Shown one piece after another: positions 57,470 to 64,000 of a DNA stretch of 64,000 nt. The notes beneath the pieces are model-generated. The model was given only the letters and a program-made list of their open reading frames with translations, had not been told where the DNA came from and did not search any database. The translations under genes and the position numbers were made by a program. How positions within the stretch are numbered: the first letter of the stretch is position 1; every line of letters starts with the position of its first letter. The stretch is from Halomonas sp. UBA3074 (GTDB taxonomy: Bacteria > Pseudomonadota > Gammaproteobacteria > Pseudomonadales > Halomonadaceae), in assembly GCA_002366715.1 (NCBI GenBank), contig DFBS01000008.1, positions 103,282 through 167,281 of the forward strand, in the 5' to 3' direction.

Positions 57470-57501
57470 GTTCTTTATATAGAACGTTCTATATAAAGAA
57501 C
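57470..57501. promoter_or_regulatory. perfect 32-bp palindrome GTTCTTTATATAGAAC|GTTCTATATAAAGAAC, candidate operator in a divergent promoter region
   Basis: Verified base by base as its own reverse complement. Lies 20 bp upstream of the XRE-cupin ATG (57522) and 98 bp upstream of the MFS ATG (57372). Confidence 0.85.
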
Positions 57502-57521
57502 AGGCTTCCTAGGGGCTCACC

Positions 57522-58052
57522 ATGGACAAGCTCTCGCTCAATACACTGGGTCATCATCTTCAAGCCCTTCGCCTTGAGCGGGGCTGGTCGTTGTCGCAAC
57601 TGGCCAGTGAGGCGGGCATCGCCAAATCCAACCTGTGCCGCCTTGAACAGGGCAACGGCAACCCCACGCTGGACACCATCTGGCGGCTGGCGGTGCAGCT
57701 CAATGTGCCTTTCGGAACCTTGGTGGCCCCCATCGCCGTGCCGCTGGGTGAAGATGGCATCCAAGTGCGCTTGATCGATCAAGGGAAAGACAACCCCCAG
57801 GTGGACGCCTATTGGATGCGCTGCGCCCCCCATACGCTTCGCCATGCCGAGGCTCATTCGCTAGGTACGCGCGAGTCATTAACGCTGATTAGCGGCTGGC
57901 TGGAAGCGGGACCAGAAGGCGCCACCACGCCGTTGGCACCTGGCGACACCCTCACCTTTCCCGCCGATCAGCCGCATCTTTACCGCACCCAAAGCGCAGA
58001 AGCCACCTTGATGATGACCATCACCTACGCTGCAAAAGGCGACACGCCATGA
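57522..58052 (+). CDS. XRE family transcriptional regulator with C-terminal cupin domain
   Basis: HTH LGHHLQALRLERGWSLSQLASEAGIAKSNLCRLEQGNGNPTLDTIWRLA, followed by a cupin beta-barrel (GDTLTFPADQPHLY). Confidence 0.9.
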   Translation: MDKLSLNTLGHHLQALRLERGWSLSQLASEAGIAKSNLCRLEQGNGNPTLDTIWRLAVQLNVPFGTLVAPIAVPLGEDGIQVRLIDQGKDNPQVDAYWMRCAPHTLRHAEAHSLGTRESLTLISGWLEAGPEGATTPLAPGDTLTFPADQPHLYRTQSAEATLMMTITYAAKGDTP

Positions 58053-58771
58053 GCCAACTTGCCAGCCACTCCCCTACTCGTTACGCCTTTAAAGGTGTGC
58101 GTGAAGCGATTCCGCTGCTGGGCGGCTACATTCCGGTCTCGCTGTCGTTTGGGCTGGTGGCCACCCAGGCAGGCTTTAGCATGTGGGAAGCGGCGGCGAT
58201 TTCAGCGCTAATTTACGCCGGTGCTTCGCAGTTTCTGTTTGTTGGCATGGTCGCGGCTGGCTCGCCACTCTGGCTGGTGGTCGCGATGACACTGCTGATT
58301 AACGTGCGCCATGTGGTGTATGGCCCGAATCTGGCGGCGTTGTTACCGCGCAGCCGCCACTGGCCCTGGCTGATGCATGGCCTGACCGACCAGGTATTTG
58401 CCCTTGCGTTGACGCGCCTGCCACAGCTCGCGGCGCCTGAGCGATTCGGCTGGTTCGTGGGTGCTTCACTGCTAGCATGGGGCGTCTGGATCGTCGGCAC
58501 CATGGTTGGCGCCACGGCGGGTGAAACGTTAACCGCCCGCTGGCCACTGCTCGGGGAGGTAATGCCCTTCGCCCTTCCCGCACTGTTTCTGACCATGGTC
58601 GCGCCGCGCTTTACCGACAAACGCTGGGCACTGGCGCTGAGCTGCACCATTTTTGCCGCGTTGATGTTGACCCTCTATGGCTGGAGCAACGTGGCCATTC
58701 CGCTGGCAGCCGCCTGCGGCGCGATCTGTTTCTATATGGTCAAGTTTCAATCAGGGAGGAACCCGCCATGA
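58049..58771 (+). CDS. azlC: AzlC family branched-chain amino acid exporter subunit
   Basis: GYIPVSLSFGLVA, YAGASQF and NVRHVVYGP motifs. 4-nt overlaps with both the regulator and azlD. Confidence 0.85.
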   Translation: MSQLASHSPTRYAFKGVREAIPLLGGYIPVSLSFGLVATQAGFSMWEAAAISALIYAGASQFLFVGMVAAGSPLWLVVAMTLLINVRHVVYGPNLAALLPRSRHWPWLMHGLTDQVFALALTRLPQLAAPERFGWFVGASLLAWGVWIVGTMVGATAGETLTARWPLLGEVMPFALPALFLTMVAPRFTDKRWALALSCTIFAALMLTLYGWSNVAIPLAAACGAICFYMVKFQSGRNPP

Positions 58772-59100
58772 ACAGCGCACTCTGGCTTGCCGTGGTGGCC
58801 TCAGCGTTGGGCACGCTATTGATGCGGGTCATACCGTTTTTATGGATGCAGCGCCGGTTAAACAGCGCGAGCGGGATTAATAACATGCCCCAGTGGCTGG
58901 GCATTCTCGGTCCGCTGATGATTGCAGCCGTATTGGGCGTTTCGCTTATGCCGGTCAACCCAAGCGCGACGTCGTGGGTCGCAACGGTCATTGGGCTTTC
59001 CGTCACGCTGCTGGTGTGGTGGAAATTACGCTCGTTGGGCTGGCCGGTAGCCGCTGGGGTTGCGGTGTTTGGCTTGGTGCAGATAGCCGCCTACATTTGA
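58768..59100 (+). CDS. azlD: AzlD family small membrane protein
   Basis: 110 aa with 3-4 TM segments, translationally coupled to azlC. Confidence 0.8.
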   Translation: MNSALWLAVVASALGTLLMRVIPFLWMQRRLNSASGINNMPQWLGILGPLMIAAVLGVSLMPVNPSATSWVATVIGLSVTLLVWWKLRSLGWPVAAGVAVFGLVQIAAYI

Positions 59101-59117
59101 TAATGCTTTGCATTATC
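59099..59117. promoter_or_regulatory. Fur box GATAATGCTTTGCATTATC (15/19 to the GATAATGATAATCATTATC consensus; 8-bp perfect inverted arms)
   Basis: Read directly. Overlaps the azlD stop codon and lies 54 bp upstream of the siderophore-binding protein ATG (59171). Confidence 0.75.
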
Positions 59118-59170
59118 TTTTACCTCATGCCATCATTCTGCTTTTAGACTTCTACCAGCCAGTGGCATGT

Positions 59171-60148
59171 ATGCAAACCGCACACTTTCATCGCTGTCAG
59201 GATTGGATACGTGTGTTGCTAATAGCCACCGCGGCGCTCTTTCCAATTTTCGCCCCCGCCACCCCGCTACACGCCTCAACTGAATTGCCACGCATCGTTA
59301 CGCTTTACCAGGGAGCAACTGACAGCGCTATTGCCCTGGGGCTGACGCCGATCGGCGTGGTCGATTCCTGGCTTGAAAAGCCCATGTATCGCTACCTGCG
59401 TGAATCCCTGGCTAGCGTTGAGCACGTGGGGCTGGAAACGCAGCCCAATTTGGAAAACATTGCTTGGCTCAATCCCGACCTGGTCATCGCCAGCGATTTC
59501 CGCCACGCCAGCATCGCACCGCTACTCAACGCAATTGCGCCCACGGTGTCAGCGCCGACGGTGTTTAATTTCAAAACCACGCTCACGATGGTAGCCGATG
59601 CCACTGGCCGCCAAGCAGAGGCGAGTGAGCTCCTGCAGCGTTGGGAGGAACGAACCGACAATTTTAGCCAGCAGATTGCCACCAAGTTAGGCAGTGACTG
59701 GCCACAAAAAGTGGCCGTGGTGCGTTTTAAAAGTGATCACGTGCGTATTTATACCCGTGGTTTTGCGGGCTCGATATTAACCGAGCTGGGCTTTGCGCAG
59801 CCAGAGAATCTGCCCACTCAAAGCTGGGGCATGAAGCTCACCAGCACTGAAAACATTCCTGTATTAGAGGCCGATGTCCTGTTTATCCTGCTGGAGCCTG
59901 ATGACCCCGCTATTGCAGATAATTATCAGCACTGGCAGGCACACCCGCTTTGGCAGCAGCTCTCGGCCGTGCAACACGGGCGTGTATTCGAGGTCGACCC
60001 GGTCAGTTGGATGATGGGCGGCGGCATCTTGGCGGCCAATGCCATGCTGGATGACCTTTATACGCACTACGATCTCGTCACGCGCGCCGCATCGCCGTTG
60101 CACGAGTGCCGAGATGCTTCAATTAATGCGGAGCAAACCGGATGCTGA
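59171..60148 (+). CDS. iron-siderophore ABC transporter substrate-binding protein (FecB/FhuD-like)
   Basis: Signal peptide, then PRIVTLYQGATDSAIALGLTPIGV and NPDLVIAS motifs. Start placed at ATG 59171; the track ORF starts at 59108. Confidence 0.85.
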   Translation: MQTAHFHRCQDWIRVLLIATAALFPIFAPATPLHASTELPRIVTLYQGATDSAIALGLTPIGVVDSWLEKPMYRYLRESLASVEHVGLETQPNLENIAWLNPDLVIASDFRHASIAPLLNAIAPTVSAPTVFNFKTTLTMVADATGRQAEASELLQRWEERTDNFSQQIATKLGSDWPQKVAVVRFKSDHVRIYTRGFAGSILTELGFAQPENLPTQSWGMKLTSTENIPVLEADVLFILLEPDDPAIADNYQHWQAHPLWQQLSAVQHGRVFEVDPVSWMMGGGILAANAMLDDLYTHYDLVTRAASPLHECRDASINAEQTGC

Positions 60149-61161
60149 CCCGCCCTTCTATAAAGAGCACGCCTGCCAAAAGCGTTGGTTTGTTGCTGGC
60201 TGGTTTAGCAGCCGTCGGCGCTTTTATTGCCAGTGTGATGCTGGGCAGTACTGACATTGCCTGGCCTTCCTTATGGGCGGCGCTTAACCATTACGACCCC
60301 AGCCAAGTAGCCCATATCATCCTGTTCACCGAGCGCCTTCCCCGTGCGGTGATTGCCGCGCTGGTCGGTGCCAGCTTGGCCATGGCGGGGGTATTGATGC
60401 AAACCATGACACGTAATCCGCTGGCATCCCCAGGCATTTTAGGCCTCAACGCCGGGGCGATGTTTTTTGTCGTCGTCGCCGTGTCGCTGCTGCCACTACA
60501 TACCCCTGCCCACTACGTGTGGGCAGCTCTGCTGGGGGCTTTCGTGGCTGCCTTTTTGGTGGTGCTACTCAGCCGTGGTCGGCACGGTGAGCTCTCCCCG
60601 CTGCGCGTCGTTCTTGCCGGGGTGGCGGTAACGGCAATGTTTATATCGTTTAGCCAAGGGTTATTGGTGATCGATCAACAAAACTTCGAAAGCGTACTCT
60701 ACTGGCTGGCTGGCTCGGTATCCGGGCGCGAACTTTCTCTGGTCGTGCCCTTATTGCCCCTCTTTGGCGGCGCACTGCTACTCAGTGCACTGCTTGTACG
60801 CCACGCCAATGCGCTGCTGCTTGGCGATGAGATGGTGACCGGGCTGGGTATGCAGGCCACCACCATCAAACTGCTACTCGGATTAGTGGTGATTGTATTG
60901 GCGGGCGGCGCGGTGGCACTGGCAGGCATGATTGGGTTCGTGGGACTGATTGTGCCGCATATGGCACGGGGGATATTTGGCATCGACCACCGCTGGCTGC
61001 TGCCCGCCAGCGCTCTGCTGGGTGCCTGCTTACTACTCCTGGCCGATGTGGCCTCGCGCCTGTTAATGCCCCCTCAGGAGATACCGGTCGGGGTCATGAC
61101 AGCGCTGATCGGCACGCCCTTTTTTATCTATCTAGCGCGACGCAAGATGGCTAGCCAATGA
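60142..61161 (+). CDS. iron chelate ABC transporter permease (FecCD family)
   Basis: ERLPRAVIAALVGASLAMAGVLMQ..RNPLASPGILG and GFVGLIVPH motifs. Confidence 0.9.
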   Translation: MLTRPSIKSTPAKSVGLLLAGLAAVGAFIASVMLGSTDIAWPSLWAALNHYDPSQVAHIILFTERLPRAVIAALVGASLAMAGVLMQTMTRNPLASPGILGLNAGAMFFVVVAVSLLPLHTPAHYVWAALLGAFVAAFLVVLLSRGRHGELSPLRVVLAGVAVTAMFISFSQGLLVIDQQNFESVLYWLAGSVSGRELSLVVPLLPLFGGALLLSALLVRHANALLLGDEMVTGLGMQATTIKLLLGLVVIVLAGGAVALAGMIGFVGLIVPHMARGIFGIDHRWLLPASALLGACLLLLADVASRLLMPPQEIPVGVMTALIGTPFFIYLARRKMASQ

Positions 61162-62207
61162 CGCAATCATCAACGCTTACCCATGAAAGCGGGGCTAACA
61201 ATGAAAGTAACCGCTTACTGCACAGCCTTTGGCTATTGAGCCTGTTGTTAGCAGCAAGCGCGGGGCTCTCGCTCTGCTTGGGTAGTTTTCCCACCCAGCC
61301 GCTTCAGGTGTTGAGTGCGCTGACAGCGCCCGCCCATAGCGATATCGCTTTTATCATTTGGCAGCTACGCCTGCCCCGTATTGTGCTGGCGATACTGGTC
61401 GGGGCTGCCCTGGCGATGGCGGGCGCCATTTTGCAAAGCATTGTGCGCAATCCGCTGGCATCGCCGGATGTAGTCGGCATTACCAGCGGTGCCGCGCTGG
61501 CGGCGGTGCTGTATCTGACGCTCTTGAGCACATCTTTAAGCACGTTATTGAGCATTCACTGGCTGCCCGCGGCGGCCATGCTGGGCGCACTGGTGTCCGC
61601 CTTGCTGGTCGCTAGTCTTGCGTGGAAAAACGGCATCAGCCCATCGCGCGTGGTACTGGTCGGTGTTGGCCTTGCCGCTGCCATGGGCGCAGGCACGACG
61701 TTGATGATCGTGATCAGCGAGGATTCGGCGGCCATGACCGCCTACGTATGGCTCACCGGCAGCCTGTATGCTGCACAGTGGGGGGATGTGATGGGCTTGC
61801 TGCCTTGGCTGTTGGCGGCGACCCCCGTTGTGCTTGCCTTGTCCCGGCATGCCGATGCCATGGCATTAGGCGATCAAGTGGCGGAAGGGCTTGGGGTGCC
61901 TATTCTGCGTAGCCGAATGATACTACTGGGCTGTAGCGTAGTGCTGGCAGGCGCCGCCGTCGCCTTTGCCGGTGGCTTGAGTTTTGTGGGGTTAATCGCG
62001 CCCCATCTGGCGGCCAAGCTGGTGGGGCGAAACCTGGCGCGTTTAGTGCCCGTTTCTGCGCTGGTAGGGGCATTGATCGTCGTTAACGCGGACCTGCTCG
62101 GGCGAGTGGCCTTTTTACCCAAAGACCTACCGGCGGGTATTTTCGTTGCCGGGATTGGCGCGCCCTTCTTCGTTTACCTGCTACATCGATCGCGCGGCCG
62201 CGTTTAA
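61158..62207 (+). CDS. iron chelate ABC transporter permease (FecCD family), second subunit
   Basis: LRLPRIVLAILVGAALAMAGAILQ..RNPLASPDVVG and SFVGLIAPH motifs. 4-nt overlap with the first permease gene. Confidence 0.9.
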   Translation: MTQSSTLTHESGANNESNRLLHSLWLLSLLLAASAGLSLCLGSFPTQPLQVLSALTAPAHSDIAFIIWQLRLPRIVLAILVGAALAMAGAILQSIVRNPLASPDVVGITSGAALAAVLYLTLLSTSLSTLLSIHWLPAAAMLGALVSALLVASLAWKNGISPSRVVLVGVGLAAAMGAGTTLMIVISEDSAAMTAYVWLTGSLYAAQWGDVMGLLPWLLAATPVVLALSRHADAMALGDQVAEGLGVPILRSRMILLGCSVVLAGAAVAFAGGLSFVGLIAPHLAAKLVGRNLARLVPVSALVGALIVVNADLLGRVAFLPKDLPAGIFVAGIGAPFFVYLLHRSRGRV

Positions 62208-62219
62208 AGCCTACCTCAG

Positions 62220-62244
62220 AAAAAACGGCGCCCCAAGGGCGCCG
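62220..62244 (-). terminator. rho-independent terminator of the TonB-dependent receptor gene (the hairpin may also stop the convergent permease operon)
   Basis: Stem CGGCGCCC / GGGCGCCG; the minus strand is followed by TTTTTT. Confidence 0.75.
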
Positions 62245-62274
62245 AATACAGCTTACGAGCATTGTTACGACTGT

Positions 62275-64000
62275 TTAAAAATCCAACTGGTACCCGAGCG
62301 TAAAGGTACGGCCCCGCCCGGTGAAGTAGTACTCGTCGCTGATGCGCGCGGCCTGCGAGTAATAAGTAATATAATCTTCATCGGTGAGGTTTTCGATGCC
62401 CACGGATACCCTACCGGTAGGCAGGCGGTAGGCAAGCGAAGCATCCACCAAGCCGTATCCGTCAAAATCAAGCTCAGAATCGTCGACGCTACGATCAAAA
62501 TAATAGCTGCCCTGTAGGCGGGTTGAAACACGCTCATTCCAAGCCGCACTCCAGCCCAGCTTGAGCGTGTCGGGCGCGATATTAATCCCGGTCAGTTTGG
62601 TATCCACACTACCATCGCCATCTTGATCCGACTTACCCTCGGTATGAGCGTACGAGAGCGACAGGTCATGCTTGTCGGCGACCTGCATGTCGCCGGTAAT
62701 CTCGACACCCTGGATCTCGGTTTTCTCCCGGCTACCGACCCAGGAGCCATTCTGCTCGGTAAGCCGCTGGCCGTAATCGGAGTTGGATTCGTAATAGCTG
62801 ATCTCTAACCCATAATCATCCCAATCAAAACGCGCGCCGATTTCCCGGTTATCAGTCACGATGGGTTGAAGCTGTAGCAAGGTATCCACATCCTGGCCCG
62901 GCGTACCGATCCCACGCAGTACCCTGCCCACGTCAGGCATACCGAAACCTTCCGAGTAGCTGGCATACAGCTGCGCCCAGTCAGTCGCTTGGTAGGTAAC
63001 GCCTGCGTTATAGAGCGTTTCATTGAAGCTGGGGTTGCCACTATCGACGGTGACGTTGTCTTGAGTGATATTGCTGCGGTCGATGGTTTGAAAAGTATCC
63101 ACCTCCAGCTCGGCGTGCTCATGACGCACACCGGCGTGTAGCGTCAGCGGTTCGGCTAGCTTGAATTGCCCCTGCAGAAAGGGCGCCAAGTTCCGATAGC
63201 GGCTTTCCGGCACATAGGTTCGCCCGGTCTGAACCAGCATCTGGCTTGTCTCATCATCCAGCACGTCCAGGCCCACCGTGACCCCTAACCGATCATCCAG
63301 CATGCCATCGCGGTTCAAGGTGAATTTGGCACCGCGTTTGTCAGACTCATTGCGTGTCTGATCGTATTGGGTATTTCCCGCACTATCCACATAGGGGAAA
63401 AACGGCGTGGTAGCAAAGCGTGCGCGAAAGCGCTGCTGATACACCTGGGCATCCAACGTATTGCCATACCAATCGGCGTGGGAGTAGGCAAGCCGCGCCG
63501 AGGTCACTTCGTTAAAGCCAGGCTCACCGTCACGGTTGCCACGGCGCGCCGTGGTGGGCACACCTGCGGCGCGATCCCCTGGCACCGGCACGTAATCATT
63601 GCCCTCTTCCAACTCGAAGTGGTTAAGCGAGGCTTCGATTTGCTGATTGTCGTCGATCCAGTAGCCAAGTTTACCGAACAGGTCATAGCTCTCTGAATTT
63701 TGCAGCTCACCGGGGTAAGCAATACCGACGATTTCATCATTACCATCGTAAAAGACGCCGCGCTCCTGGCGGGTAGCCGCAGCCACGAAATCCCAGTCGC
63801 CCTGCTGGCCACTAATGCGGTAATCCAGCTTGTTGCCTAACCCACCCGATTGGAAATCATCGTCCGTGGTCAGGCTGATGCCAGCGTGCTGACTGATACC
63901 ACCACCTTCAGCACGCCGTGTGACGAAGTTAATCAGGCCCCCGGTGGCACCCAAACCGTGCTCCGCACTGGCACCATGAATGACTTCAATGCGCTCGACC
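62275..64000 (-). CDS. TonB-dependent siderophore receptor, C-terminal about 575 codons; N-terminus beyond the right window edge
   Basis: The ORF stays open to the window edge. Upstream of the track's Met it reads VERIEVIHGASAEHGLGATGGLINFVTRR (plug domain). The beta-barrel ends in TLGYQLDF with a terminal aromatic residue. Confidence 0.9.
   Translation of the reverse strand, partial: VERIEVIHGASAEHGLGATGGLINFVTRRAEGGGISQHAGISLTTDDDFQSGGLGNKLDYRISGQQGDWDFVAAATRQERGVFYDGNDEIVGIAYPGELQNSESYDLFGKLGYWIDDNQQIEASLNHFELEEGNDYVPVPGDRAAGVPTTARRGNRDGEPGFNEVTSARLAYSHADWYGNTLDAQVYQQRFRARFATTPFFPYVDSAGNTQYDQTRNESDKRGAKFTLNRDGMLDDRLGVTVGLDVLDDETSQMLVQTGRTYVPESRYRNLAPFLQGQFKLAEPLTLHAGVRHEHAELEVDTFQTIDRSNITQDNVTVDSGNPSFNETLYNAGVTYQATDWAQLYASYSEGFGMPDVGRVLRGIGTPGQDVDTLLQLQPIVTDNREIGARFDWDDYGLEISYYESNSDYGQRLTEQNGSWVGSREKTEIQGVEITGDMQVADKHDLSLSYAHTEGKSDQDGDGSVDTKLTGINIAPDTLKLGWSAAWNERVSTRLQGSYYFDRSVDDSELDFDGYGLVDASLAYRLPTGRVSVGIENLTDEDYITYYSQAARISDEYYFTGRGRTFTLGYQLDF

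Noticed and set aside
1-64000. Search for tRNA/rRNA genes, IS elements, integrases, phage genes, REP-type dispersed repeats and CRISPR arrays.
   Set aside because: I recognised none by eye. tRNAscan-SE, Infernal and ISfinder searches would be needed to exclude small or degenerate elements.

Overview
GC-rich, densely coding chromosomal segment. Gene content and protein sequences look gammaproteobacterial, most like Halomonadaceae; that is an inference, since no search was run. I support about 55 protein-coding genes, and I read all features and motifs by eye. I see no rRNA, tRNA, CRISPR array, transposase, integrase or phage genes, so the window reads as core and metabolic chromosome rather than a mobile or defence island. 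Two genes run off the window edges and are incomplete or absent in the ORF track: fabV (1-825, minus) and a TonB-dependent receptor (62275-64000, minus). Content from left to right: (1) redox and housekeeping genes (glutathione peroxidase, LysE exporter, YebC-family regulator, MscS channel, MDR oxidoreductase, ABC exporter); (2) dbpA followed by a RIO1-like kinase, then ybaK, a CDF transporter and a PIN-PhoH ATPase; (3) a four-gene Mrp/complex-I-like membrane module; (4) an SLC13 permease preceded by a (GGTGTGA)12 microsatellite, and a cold-shock gene; (5) a LysR / mmsA / GMC-oxidoreductase module; (6) a block at 32.6-45.1 kb holding two linked catabolic units. One is a sigma-54-dependent Fe-ADH / unknown transporter / enhancer-binding protein / gabD unit with a textbook -24/-12 promoter. 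The other is an amino-acid-type ABC importer / FAD amine oxidase / IclR / second SSADH unit; (7) pgpA, a DUF533/TerB-like gene, sbcDC, pncC-nadE and a DASS transporter; (8) an XRE-cupin regulator with azlCD behind a perfect 32-bp palindrome; (9) a Fur-box-controlled ferric-siderophore ABC system with no ATPase gene in the window. The findings most worth follow-up are the stand-alone three-antiporter-subunit Mrp-like module, the uncharacterised transporter in the sigma-54 unit, the heptanucleotide microsatellite, and several unusually regular operator-like repeats. I cannot show that any of these is truly undescribed without database searches.
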